39,025 nt of DNA from a virus. Its lineage: Duplodnaviria; Caudoviricetes. Both the position numbers and the translations under genes were made by a program. Shown here piece after piece: positions 26,908 through 35,949 of the stretch (position 1 is the stretch's first letter; the number at the start of each line of letters is the position of its first letter). The stretch lies in the IMG/VR virus record IMGVR_UViG_3300010206_000005, positions 1-39,025 of that record; one strand, given 5' to 3'. Under the pieces are notes generated by a model. It did not search any database and was not told the DNA's origin. It saw nothing but the letters and a program-made list of their open reading frames with translations.

Positions 26908-28170
26908 ATGAGCGATTTGACCCTGAACATTAAATTGACCGATGCAGGTCTTGCCGCCGTTGCCGCCGCCCATGGCCTGGGCGTGCAAGCCAAGATCACC
27001 CATGTCGCCATCGGCGATCAGGGCTATGCGCCGCTCGCATCCGCCACCGCGCTCCACCATGAACTGGCCCGCGTGGCGCTCACAGCGGGCGGGGCGGTCG
27101 CGCCCAAACAAGTGCTGTTGCAGGGCATGTTCCCGGCTGACGGGCCGGAATTTTTCATCCACGAGTTGGGATATTTCCTAGAAGACGGCACGCTGCTGGG
27201 GGTGTGGTCCGATCCCACCCAGCCTTTGGGCTGGATCGGCGGTGCGACGCCATGGTTTTTCAAGCTGGTCTTTGCCTGGAGCAGTCTGCCCGCCGACGCC
27301 ATTACCGTCGTCATCGCCGACGATGCCGGGCAGGCGGGCATGGCTCTGGACCTCACTCGCCTTGAGGCCAAGGTCCGCCATACGGTCGAGGTCGGGGGAA
27401 AACTGGAGTGGGGCGACGCAGACGAAACCCAATTGACCGCTGCGATCACGGCGATGATTGGCCGTCTTGCCCCAGCGCTGGCGGCCGCAGCCCCGCCGAT
27501 GGACGGCGTGGGTGCGGCCGGCCAGTCGGCCAAAGTGGCACGGGAAGATCACCGTCACCCGACCGACACCAGTCGCGCGCCGCTGGCCAGCCCGAGTTTC
27601 ACCGGCGCGCCCTCCGCGCCGACCGCGCCGACCGGCACCGCGACCACGCAACTCGCCACAACCGCCTTTGTTCAAGCGGCTGTAACGGCGGCATCCCTGC
27701 CGCCCGGCGTGATCGTCTTCTTCCCGACCTCCTGGGCACCGTCCGGCTTTTTGAAATGCAATGGGGCGGCGGTCAGCCGGACGGCTTACGCAGCCCTGTT
27801 CGCGGTTATCGGGACCTATTACGGGGTCGGAGACGGCTACAACACCTTTAATCTCCCCGAACCGCGTGGGACGTTTCCTCGCTTCTTGGATGATGGGCGG
27901 GGTATCGACCCTGGACGAGTCGTCGGGTCGGTGCAGTCTGGCTCGCTCTTGTCTCATGACCACGGCTTAAAGACTTCGGTGGCCGTGCCCGGGTTCGGAG
28001 AGCTGGTCTTCAGGGATTTCGGAGATGCGAGGGGCGATCCCTGGATAGAGCTTCCGCCCGCCGTCGCCAATGACGAGGCGGCGACCGGCTACCGGGTCGC
28101 GACCTTTGCCACGGGGGGCAATGAAAATCGCCCTCTAAACTTCGCTCTGCTCCCTTGCATCAAATATTGA
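26908..28170 (+). CDS. Tail fibre protein (P2 H-like N-terminus, tail-collar domain)
   Basis: LTDAGLAA, ITHVAIGD, IHELGYFLEDGTL; PLASPSFTG.P.APTA; PSGFLKCNGAAVSRTAYAALFAVIGT; ENRPLNFALLPCIKY. Confidence 0.92.
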   Translation: MSDLTLNIKLTDAGLAAVAAAHGLGVQAKITHVAIGDQGYAPLASATALHHELARVALTAGGAVAPKQVLLQGMFPADGPEFFIHELGYFLEDGTLLGVWSDPTQPLGWIGGATPWFFKLVFAWSSLPADAITVVIADDAGQAGMALDLTRLEAKVRHTVEVGGKLEWGDADETQLTAAITAMIGRLAPALAAAAPPMDGVGAAGQSAKVAREDHRHPTDTSRAPLASPSFTGAPSAPTAPTGTATTQLATTAFVQAAVTAASLPPGVIVFFPTSWAPSGFLKCNGAAVSRTAYAALFAVIGTYYGVGDGYNTFNLPEPRGTFPRFLDDGRGIDPGRVVGSVQSGSLLSHDHGLKTSVAVPGFGELVFRDFGDARGDPWIELPPAVANDEAATGYRVATFATGGNENRPLNFALLPCIKY

Positions 28171-28181
28171 GGAGTGCCGAT

Positions 28182-28688
28182 ATGATCGTCTTCCAGACCG
28201 ATTTCTCCGGCCGGTTTATCGGCCCGGTCGAGGCCGACGAAAGCCCGCTGGAGCCGGGTGTCTTTTTGATCCCCGGCGGATGCGTCCAGATCGCGCCGCC
28301 GGAAATCACGGCGGGGCATATGGCGGTATGGGACGGGAGCGCGTGGTCTCTCCAGCCCTTGCCGGACGAAGACCTGCGCGCCCTGGCGGTGCCCACCCCA
28401 CGCCCGACCGATCCGGCCCAGATCGTCACCGGCTGGCATCCCGAAATCGTCGCCGATCAGGTGACCCAGGTCTGGGACACCCGGCCCGAGACCGAGGACG
28501 AACGCAAGGCCCGGATCAACGGCCCGATCCAGACGCAATTGACCGCGATCGACGCGGCGACGGTGCGGCCGCTCCGGTCCGTGTTGGCCGCTCAATCCGC
28601 CGGGACAGAGCCATCCGCCGCCGACATGACGCGGCTGACCGATCTCGATGCGCAGGCGGCAACGTTGCGCCAGCAACTTTTGAAATAG
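28182..28688 (+). CDS. Tail fibre assembly/chaperone protein
   Basis: G.FIGPVEADESPLEPGVFLIPGGC...PP...WDG..W; follows the fibre gene. Confidence 0.8.
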   Translation: MIVFQTDFSGRFIGPVEADESPLEPGVFLIPGGCVQIAPPEITAGHMAVWDGSAWSLQPLPDEDLRALAVPTPRPTDPAQIVTGWHPEIVADQVTQVWDTRPETEDERKARINGPIQTQLTAIDAATVRPLRSVLAAQSAGTEPSAADMTRLTDLDAQAATLRQQLLK

Positions 28689-28703
28689 GGAGGGAGCCTG
28701 TCC

Positions 28704-30128
28704 ATGGCTGACTATTTTTTGCATGGATGCGAGGTCGCCGAAGTCGTCGATGGCATCCGCCCCATCCGGACCGTCAAGTCGTCGGTGATCGGCGTCATCG
28801 GCACCGCGCCCGAGGCGTCCGAGGCCGATTTCCCGTACCACACGCCCGTGCTGCTCGCGAATAACCCGCGCAAAGCGGCCAAGCTAAAAAAGGCGGGCAC
28901 GCTGTTCGACGCGGTCAGCGCCGTCTACGCTCAGGCTGGTGCCACCATCGTGCTGGTCCGCGTGCCCGAGGGCGTCTCAGCCTCCGAGACGCTGTCCAAC
29001 ATCATCGGCAATGTCACGTTGATGACCGGCGTCCACGCCTTCCGTGCCGCGAAGTCCATCCTGGGTGTCGCGCCGAAAATCTTGATCGCGCCGGGCTTCA
29101 CCTCGGTGCGTCCGCAGGGCGTCAAGACCATCGAGATCACCGCCCAGGGTGCCAACTACACCAAGGCCACGGTCGAGATCAGCGGTGGCGGCGGCCACGG
29201 CGCGGCGGCTACGGCAGTCATCGAGCAGGGCAAGGTCACCGCAATCACCCTGACCCGGGCCGGGATCGGTTATACCGCCAATCCCGTCGTCACCATCACC
29301 GGCGATGGCGCAGGCGCCACCGCCACCGCCACCACCGGCGCCACCGCCAATCCCGTGACGGCGGAAATGGTCGGCATCGCTAACAGGCTGCGGGCGGCAA
29401 TCGTTAAAGAAGGACCGAACACCACCGACGAGGCGGCGGTACAGGACCGCAAGGATTGGGGCAGCGCACGCGTTTACTTGGTCGATCCCTTCGTGTCGGT
29501 GTGGGAGACCACGCTGTCGATGACCGTGGTGCATCCCGGCAGCGCCTGGGTCGCCGGTCTGATCGCGCAAGTCGACAACACCCCGGGCAAGGGGCCGCAC
29601 TGGTCGCCATCGAACCATGTCATCACCGGGATCACCGGCACCAGCCGCCCGATCGACTTCGCCCTCAACGATCCCGACTGCGTGGCCAACTATCTCAACA
29701 GCAACGAAGTGGCCACCATCGTGTACGAGAACGGCTATCGCCTGTGGGGCAACCGTACCTGCAGCGACGATCCTCTCTGGGCGTTCCTGCCGGTACGCCG
29801 CGTCCACGACGTTATCAACGAGAGCATTGAGGCCGGCTATCTCTGGATCATGGATCGCCCGTTTTCCGTCCAGGCCATCATCGACTGCTGCGACAGCCTC
29901 AATCTCTATCTGGCCGGTAAGAAAACGGACGGCTGGCTGTTGGGCGGCAAGGTCTGGATCGATCCCGACCTCAACACCAAGGACCGGCTGATGGCGGGCG
30001 AGTTCACTGTCGATTTCGACAACGAGGCCCCGGCGCCCATCGAGCACCTGCGTTTTCGTATGCACCGTAGCTCCGACTACTACGAAGAGCTGATCACCGA
30101 AGCCACCACCCTGCTGGCCGCCCAGTAA
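28704..30128 (+). CDS. Tail sheath protein (P2 FI-like) with inserted beta-rich domain
   Basis: FLHGCEV, SSVIGVIGTAP, PKILIAPGF, WSPSN, GYRLWGNRTC, VRR. Confidence 0.94.
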   Translation: MADYFLHGCEVAEVVDGIRPIRTVKSSVIGVIGTAPEASEADFPYHTPVLLANNPRKAAKLKKAGTLFDAVSAVYAQAGATIVLVRVPEGVSASETLSNIIGNVTLMTGVHAFRAAKSILGVAPKILIAPGFTSVRPQGVKTIEITAQGANYTKATVEISGGGGHGAAATAVIEQGKVTAITLTRAGIGYTANPVVTITGDGAGATATATTGATANPVTAEMVGIANRLRAAIVKEGPNTTDEAAVQDRKDWGSARVYLVDPFVSVWETTLSMTVVHPGSAWVAGLIAQVDNTPGKGPHWSPSNHVITGITGTSRPIDFALNDPDCVANYLNSNEVATIVYENGYRLWGNRTCSDDPLWAFLPVRRVHDVINESIEAGYLWIMDRPFSVQAIIDCCDSLNLYLAGKKTDGWLLGGKVWIDPDLNTKDRLMAGEFTVDFDNEAPAPIEHLRFRMHRSSDYYEELITEATTLLAAQ

Positions 30129-30140
30129 CAGGAGCCGCGA

Positions 30141-30656
30141 ATGTCCTCACTGTATCCCACGATCCCGAAGGTGCTCAGAAATTACGTGGCCTATCTGGAC
30201 GGCACCAGCTATGCCGGCAAGGTCCCCGAGGCCAAGCTGCCCACGCTGGCGATCAAGACCGAGGATTACGACGCCGGTGGTCTGGCCGCTCCGGTGGCGC
30301 TCGATACTGGCACCATGGAGAAGATGGACGCCGAAGTCACCTTCGCCGAATACAACAGCGTAGTGCTGGGCCTGTTTGGCAATCCCGACGCCAGCCTGAC
30401 CCTGCGCGGTGCCCAGGAAGACGCGCCCAATTCCGCCGATGCGATCATCGTCTCGATGCGTGGCCTATTCCAGAAAATCGACGCGGGCTCGTGGAAGAAA
30501 GGCTCGCAGACCGTCGCCAAATGCACGGTGCCGCTGAAGTACCTCAAGATCACCATCGGGTCCGTAGTGGTGGTCGAGATCGATTCCGTCAACATGAAGC
30601 GGATCATCAACGGCGTCGATCAGTTGGCGTCGATCCGCACCGCGCTCGGCATGTAA
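30141..30656 (+). CDS. Tail tube protein (P2 FII-like)
   Basis: PKVLRNY...DG.SYAG, LTLRGA, D.GSWKKG, EIDSVNM...INGVDQL...R.ALG. Confidence 0.93.
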   Translation: MSSLYPTIPKVLRNYVAYLDGTSYAGKVPEAKLPTLAIKTEDYDAGGLAAPVALDTGTMEKMDAEVTFAEYNSVVLGLFGNPDASLTLRGAQEDAPNSADAIIVSMRGLFQKIDAGSWKKGSQTVAKCTVPLKYLKITIGSVVVVEIDSVNMKRIINGVDQLASIRTALGM

Positions 30657-30667
30657 GGAGAAAAGCC

Positions 30668-30991
30668 GTGGAGAAAATCACCCTCGACTATCCGGTGGAG
30701 CTGACACCCCACCCCAAGGTCACCGAACTGACCATGCGCCGCCCCAAGGTCAAGGACGAGCTTGAGGCCAATAAACGGGGGGCCACCGACGACGAGATCG
30801 AGACGCACATGTTCGCCATCCTGACCGGTCAGGCGTTCGAGGTGATCGCCGAGGTGGACCTGGAGTGCGACTATCCCAAGCTGCAGGCGGCCTACCGAAA
30901 TTTTCGGCCGAAGCCGGCGGCGAAGACTTCCGCCGGCGCAGCCCCCTCGATCTCCGAAAGCAGTGCCTCCGCGTTGCCGCCCACGGAATAG
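30668..30991 (+). CDS. Tail assembly chaperone (gpE-like)
   Basis: GTG start with AAGGAG RBS; ITLDYPV..ELTMRRPKVKD; after the tube gene. Confidence 0.85.
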   Translation: MEKITLDYPVELTPHPKVTELTMRRPKVKDELEANKRGATDDEIETHMFAILTGQAFEVIAEVDLECDYPKLQAAYRNFRPKPAAKTSAGAAPSISESSASALPPTE

Positions 30992-31083
30992 CCCTGGGCG
31001 ACGTGCTGGAGATGGATTTGCGGGATCTGGTGGAGTGGCGGGACGCGGCCGAGGAGGTGGCCGCTGAACTCAGCGGTCGTTGA
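30898..31083 (+). CDS. -1 frameshift extension of the chaperone (gpE+E'-like)
   Basis: Slippery A AAT TTT at 30898-30904; the -1 frame encodes ...GIALGDVLEMDLRDLVEWRDAA, resembling P2 GpE'. Confidence 0.75.
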   Translation, partial: KFSAEAGGEDFRRRSPLDLRKQCLRVAAHGIALGDVLEMDLRDLVEWRDAAEEVAAELSGR

Positions 31084-31306
31084 GCTTGCGGTCCAGGGTC
31101 CAGGGGAGGCTGCCGATCACGCCCAGCATCTTCAGGACCCACAGGATGGCAAAGGCCACGACTGCCAGCGCCACCAGACCAAACACGGCACCGAACAACC
31201 AGCCGCCAACGGTGATCAGCCAATTTCTGGTGCCCTGAGCGTAAGCCACGAACCAGAAGGCAAACACCCCGGCAAAAACCCACGAGACGACGGTATCCCT
31301 ACGCAT
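31070..31306 (-). CDS. Small antisense membrane protein (78 aa)
   Basis: GAGGG RBS on the minus strand; Trp/Phe-rich hydrophobic helices; occupies the chaperone-TMP gap. Confidence 0.68.
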   Translation of the reverse strand: MRRDTVVSWVFAGVFAFWFVAYAQGTRNWLITVGGWLFGAVFGLVALAVVAFAILWVLKMLGVIGSLPWTLDRKLNDR

Positions 31307-33932
31307 GGAAAAATCCCTCGCTCTATCCCTGGTGATCGGGGCCACTGTCGGCGCCACCATGCGCACGGCTGTCGGTGCAACTATAGCGCAAGTGGGGCGC
31401 CTGGGCCAAGCTGTCACCGACGCCGAACGTCAAAAAGCCGAGGCGCTGAAGGAAACCGCCCGTCTCGATAAGACCGAAAAGCAAATCCAGGGCTATCGCC
31501 ACCTCGGCCTGCAGGTATTGGAGGCCGGACGCGCCCACCGTGATGCCCAGGACAAGGTCAAAGCGCTGGCCCGCGAGATCGCGGCAAGCGAGGAGCCGAC
31601 CAAGGCCCAGGAAAAGGCACTGGCAGCCGCCCGGCGCGAGGTGGTGCGCGCCGCCGCCGCCGAGGAAGCCAAGAAGCAGCGTCTGGCCGCCCTGCGCGGC
31701 GAACTGAACGCGGCGAATATCGATACCCGCAAGCTCGCCGACGCCGAGCGCAAGCTGGCTGCAGACATGGCCGACGCCAAGGCCAAGGTCGATCAGACCA
31801 CTCAATCCATCGGGCGATTGGGCGACGCGATGGCGCGGGCGGAAAAACGCAAGGAACTGGGCAACGATCTGGGTCGTCAAGCGCTGAAGGTCGGTGCCGC
31901 CTATTTGGCGATGAAAAAGCCGATCGGGCAGGAAGGCGACTTCGAGCACCATCTGCGCGCCTTCGGCAACACGGCCGGAATGACCGCCGAAGAGCTGGAA
32001 GGGGTGCGCAAACAAATCCGCGCCATGTCCACCGACGTGAATCAATCCAACCAGGCGATCCTCAGCGGCGTCGAGGGGCTGGTGGGCAAAGGCATGGGGG
32101 CGAAAGAGGCGCTGGAGGCCAGCAGGGCGATCGGCCGTGCCGCCACCGCCACCGGCGCCAGCATGGAAGACATGTCCAGCTTATCCTTCAGCGTCATGAG
32201 CAACTTGCATGTGCCGGTCGATAAGCTGGGCAAGGCGCTCGATATCATGGCCCAGGCTGGCAAGGAAGGCGGGTTCGAGCTCAAGGACATGGCGCAGCAA
32301 TTCCCGCAACTCACAGCATCAGCGGCGAAACTGGGTTTGACCGGCACGGAAGCCGTGGCCAGCTTGGGTGCCATGCTCCAGGTCGCGATGAAGGGTGCCA
32401 GCGATCCCAGTATTGCAGCCAACAATCTGGCTAACTTCCTGGGAAAAATCACCAGTCCTGAAGCCAAAAAGAACTTTCAGAAACTTGGCGTCGATATCGA
32501 ACAGGCGCTGGCCGATGGCGTGGCGGCGGGTCAAAACCCGGTGGAAGTGGCGATGCAGCAGATCGCCGCCGCAACCGGCGCCGATCTAGACAAGGTGATG
32601 GCCGACGCTTTCGATTCCAACGGAAAATTGGTCGAGGGCGCCGCCGACAAGATCAGCGAAAGCTTCAAGCTGGGCGAACTGTTCGGTGACAAGCAGGTGC
32701 AGGATTTCCTGGCCCCGATGCTGGCGGGTTACCAGGACTATATCAAAATCAAGAAAAAGGCGTCCGAGGCCACTGGCGTGGTCGATCAGGACTACGCCAA
32801 CATGCTCGGCACCTACAACGAAGCCAGCAAGGCGATGGGACTGGCCACCGACAAGCTGATGGGCTCCATCGGCAAGGCGGTGTTGCCGGTCATCACGCCG
32901 ATCATCAATTGGGCCGCCGATGGCGTGGACGCGTTGGCCAATCTCGCCGACCAGTTTCCCCTGGTCACTGGCGGACTGGTCGCTTTGGCAGGCGGGTTCG
33001 TTGCGGCTAAGACGGGCATGCTGATCGGTCGCTACGCCATGACCTATTACCGGGGCGGTCTAGGCGCGGTGGTGCGCGAATCGCTGGGCGTGGGGCGGGC
33101 GTCCGGTCAAGCTGCCGCTGGCGTCGGTCGGCTCGGGGCCAGCACCACCGGCATGGGCGGCCGTCTGGGGACGGCTACCGCCCGGCTGCGCCAATACACC
33201 GCCGCCGCCAACCAGGCCGCCGCCGCCTCGGGCCGTTTGGCCCGGTCACAAGGGGGTGTCGGCGGCCTCGACGGGGTGGGTGGTGGCACCGGCAAGCTGG
33301 GCAAGGCTCTGCGTTTCGGCGGCAAGGCCATGGGCGGTGCCGGACTGGCACTCAGCGCCGGTCTGGCCGCCAAAGATCTAATGGACCCAGCGCTGTCAAA
33401 AGAAGAGAAGGGGGCGGCTGGCGGCAACCTGGCCGGTGCTGCGACCGGGGCCGCGGCAGGAGCCGCCATCGGGTCAATTGTGCCGGGGGTCGGCACCGCG
33501 CTGGGAGCGATCATCGGCGGCGCGTTAGGGTCGTTCGGCGGCGAGAAGCTGGGCGGCTGGCTGGCTAAGGACAAGGCGGCAAACGATGAGAAAAGCAAGG
33601 CCCCGTCAAGGGGCGAAAAATCGGATAGCGCCGATAAGCCGGAAGCCGCGCCGAAGATCGGGTCTGTCGCCGGCGAAAAGCTAGGTGGCGGGCCGCCCAA
33701 GGATAAGACATCTGGCGGTGAAAAAAGTAAGGCCCCGTCTGCGGCCGAGCCCCCGGTCCACAAATCGGATAGCGCAGATAAGCCTGACCGCGCCGCGCCG
33801 AATCCTGTCTCCATAACCTTCGCCCCGGGTGCCATCGTCGTTCATGCCGCCCCCGGCATGGACCTCCGCGCTCTGGCCGATCAAGTGGCTCAGATGATCA
33901 TGCAACGCCAACGCGCCGCGCTGGCGGACTGA
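31305..33932 (+). CDS. Tail tape measure protein
   Basis: 875 aa Ala/Gly-rich helical; AGKEGGFELKDMA core; GAAIGSIVPGVGTALGAIIGG. Confidence 0.92.
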   Translation: MEKSLALSLVIGATVGATMRTAVGATIAQVGRLGQAVTDAERQKAEALKETARLDKTEKQIQGYRHLGLQVLEAGRAHRDAQDKVKALAREIAASEEPTKAQEKALAAARREVVRAAAAEEAKKQRLAALRGELNAANIDTRKLADAERKLAADMADAKAKVDQTTQSIGRLGDAMARAEKRKELGNDLGRQALKVGAAYLAMKKPIGQEGDFEHHLRAFGNTAGMTAEELEGVRKQIRAMSTDVNQSNQAILSGVEGLVGKGMGAKEALEASRAIGRAATATGASMEDMSSLSFSVMSNLHVPVDKLGKALDIMAQAGKEGGFELKDMAQQFPQLTASAAKLGLTGTEAVASLGAMLQVAMKGASDPSIAANNLANFLGKITSPEAKKNFQKLGVDIEQALADGVAAGQNPVEVAMQQIAAATGADLDKVMADAFDSNGKLVEGAADKISESFKLGELFGDKQVQDFLAPMLAGYQDYIKIKKKASEATGVVDQDYANMLGTYNEASKAMGLATDKLMGSIGKAVLPVITPIINWAADGVDALANLADQFPLVTGGLVALAGGFVAAKTGMLIGRYAMTYYRGGLGAVVRESLGVGRASGQAAAGVGRLGASTTGMGGRLGTATARLRQYTAAANQAAAASGRLARSQGGVGGLDGVGGGTGKLGKALRFGGKAMGGAGLALSAGLAAKDLMDPALSKEEKGAAGGNLAGAATGAAAGAAIGSIVPGVGTALGAIIGGALGSFGGEKLGGWLAKDKAANDEKSKAPSRGEKSDSADKPEAAPKIGSVAGEKLGGGPPKDKTSGGEKSKAPSAAEPPVHKSDSADKPDRAAPNPVSITFAPGAIVVHAAPGMDLRALADQVAQMIMQRQRAALAD

Positions 33933-33940
33933 GAGGGATT

Positions 33941-34345
33941 ATGGCTGGGATCATGATGGCGCTGGGGGAGTACCGCTTTTCCCTCTCCACCGCCGCCTAC
34001 AAGGACCTGTCCCGGAGCAGCGAGTGGCGCTGGGCCAAGCAAGAGCGGATGGGCCGTAAGCCCGCCCGCCAGTTCACCGGCCCCGATGGCGACAGCATCA
34101 CGCTGGCCGGGACGATCTATCCCCATTACTGGGGCGGACTCGGCCAGATCAATGCGATGCGCCGCCAAGCCGACACGGGTGAGCCGCTGATCCTGGTGGA
34201 CGGCACCGGCAAGGTCTGGGGCAAGTGGTGCATCGTCAAGGTGACCGAGCGCCAGACCAATTTCCTGCCCAATGGCGTGCCGCTCAAGATGGATTTCGAC
34301 CTGGCCCTCGAAGAGTACGGGCCGGATGAGGAAATCACGACATGA
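33941..34345 (+). CDS. Tail protein U (P2 GpU)
   Basis: MMALGEYRFS, QFTGPDGDSITLAG, PLILVDGTG.VWGKWCI. Confidence 0.92.
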   Translation: MAGIMMALGEYRFSLSTAAYKDLSRSSEWRWAKQERMGRKPARQFTGPDGDSITLAGTIYPHYWGGLGQINAMRRQADTGEPLILVDGTGKVWGKWCIVKVTERQTNFLPNGVPLKMDFDLALEEYGPDEEITT

Positions 34346-34554
34346 AGTACCGCACCAAACAGGGCGATCAGGTGGACGCCATTTGCTGGCGCTATTACGG
34401 CCGCGAGAATGCCGCCGAGGCGGTGTTCGAGGCTAATCCCCGCTTGGCCGATCACGGGCTGATCCTGCCCGCCGGACTCGAGATCGATTTGCCCGACCTG
34501 GAAACGCCGGTGGCCACCGCCTCGGGCACCACCACCGTCAAACTGTGGGACTGA
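34342..34554 (+). CDS. Tail protein X (P2 GpX)
   Basis: YRTKQGDQVDAICWRYYG...VFEANP.LA..GLILPAG..I.LPD...LWD. Confidence 0.93.
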   Translation: MKYRTKQGDQVDAICWRYYGRENAAEAVFEANPRLADHGLILPAGLEIDLPDLETPVATASGTTTVKLWD

Positions 34555-34567
34555 AGAGGAGAAAGGC

Positions 34568-34798
34568 ATGTCACAGGTGACCTTTAAGGACATTCGGGTT
34601 CAAGCGGCCGAACTGGCGGACGAAGTCCAAAAATCCGGGGTGGTCAGCTATGCGGCCAAGGTCAATTTTGCATTCCTGTTCGTCTCCAGCTTGCTAGGGG
34701 CCTACGGATACGAGGAACTCCGACGGATCATGCTGGGCGGGCTTTACCGCAAGGAAGCGGAGACCGGTCTGCGCGAATGGGACCGGACTGAAAAATGA
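34568..34798 (+). CDS. Hypothetical protein between X and D
   Basis: GAGGAG RBS; ATGA overlap with D. Confidence 0.65.
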   Translation: MSQVTFKDIRVQAAELADEVQKSGVVSYAAKVNFAFLFVSSLLGAYGYEELRRIMLGGLYRKEAETGLREWDRTEK

Positions 34799-35787
34799 AA
34801 CCGATCTGGAAGGTCACCGCCGACGGGACCGACATCACGGCGGCCTGCGCCAAGCGCCTGCTGTCGCTGACCGTCACCGACGAGGCGGGGATCGCCAGCG
34901 ACACCATCGCCATCGACCTGGACAACCGCGACCTCGCCATCGCCGCTCCGCGTAAGGGCGCGAAGCTTGAATGCTGGATGGGGTACGAAGAGGCCGGAAT
35001 GGTGCATATGGGCCAATACGTGGTGGACGAGCTCGCGGCCAGCGGCCCGCCCCATGCCCTCACCATCACCGGCAAGGCGGCCGACATGCGCAAGGAGATG
35101 AAGGCGCAGAAGACGCGCGGATGGGACGGCGTCACCATCGGCGATCTGGTCAAGACCGTCGCAGGGGAACACGAGTTGATCCCGGTGGTGTCACCCGCCC
35201 TGGCCAGCATGGCCATTCCCAATCTGGCCCAGACAAACGAAAGCGACATGGCACTCTTGACCCGGATCGCCAAAACCTACGATGCGGTGGCCAAGCCCAT
35301 GGCCGGACGCCTGCTGTTCGTCCCGCGCGGCGAGGCCAAAAGCGCCACCGGCCGGGCCATGCCCACCGTGTCGCTGGGGCCGACCGACTTTCGTAATTAC
35401 AACGCCACCCAGGCCGATCGCGGCAAGTACGGCGCGGTGGTGGCCCAATGGCACAACCCGGCCACCGGGCAGCCTGAGAGCATCAAGATCGGCAACGGTG
35501 AAGGCCCCACTCACACCATCGGCCAGAAATACCCCGACGCCGACCAGGCGCAGCGTGCCGCGAGCGCCAAACTGGATGCCCTGGCGCGGGGCGTCGGCAC
35601 CTTCTCCGGCGACGTGGTTCCCGGCCGCCCCAGCCTGGGTGCCGAGGGCAAGATGGTGGTGTCGGGCCTGGGCGACATCGCCAGCGGCACCTGGGTCATC
35701 ACCCGCGCCGTCCACAAGCTGGACAAACCCGGCGGCCTGACCTCCAGCGTCGAGGGCGAGACCCCGAAGGGAGCGGCGGCGGAATGA
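34795..35787 (+). CDS. Late control / baseplate hub protein D (P2 GpD)
   Basis: RLLSLTVTDEAG..SD, MG.YVVDE....GPP, QTNESDM.LLTRIA. Confidence 0.92.
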   Translation: MKPIWKVTADGTDITAACAKRLLSLTVTDEAGIASDTIAIDLDNRDLAIAAPRKGAKLECWMGYEEAGMVHMGQYVVDELAASGPPHALTITGKAADMRKEMKAQKTRGWDGVTIGDLVKTVAGEHELIPVVSPALASMAIPNLAQTNESDMALLTRIAKTYDAVAKPMAGRLLFVPRGEAKSATGRAMPTVSLGPTDFRNYNATQADRGKYGAVVAQWHNPATGQPESIKIGNGEGPTHTIGQKYPDADQAQRAASAKLDALARGVGTFSGDVVPGRPSLGAEGKMVVSGLGDIASGTWVITRAVHKLDKPGGLTSSVEGETPKGAAAE

Positions 35788-35909
35788 CCGCCCCGCCCGC
35801 CCATACCGATACCCGTGTCGGCTTAGGCCGGCGGGGGGAGGGCTGCTCCAACAGCCCGAACCGCGAGAAAGGCTCTCGCATGACCCAACCCCGGCCGAGG
35901 CCGGGTCAT

Positions 35910-35941
35910 CCCCGCACCCGTCGACCGGGCGGGGTTCTTGT
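35910..35941 (+). terminator. Possible intrinsic terminator/attenuator upstream of com
   Basis: CCCCGC(A)CCCG-TCGAC-CGGGCGGGG hairpin followed by TTCTTGT. Confidence 0.45.
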
Positions 35942-35949
35942 AGTGATCA

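Noticed and set aside
27700-28170. Diversity-generating retroelement or invertible segment at the tail fibre tip
   Set aside because: No reverse transcriptase, template repeat, invertase or second fibre end seen in the window
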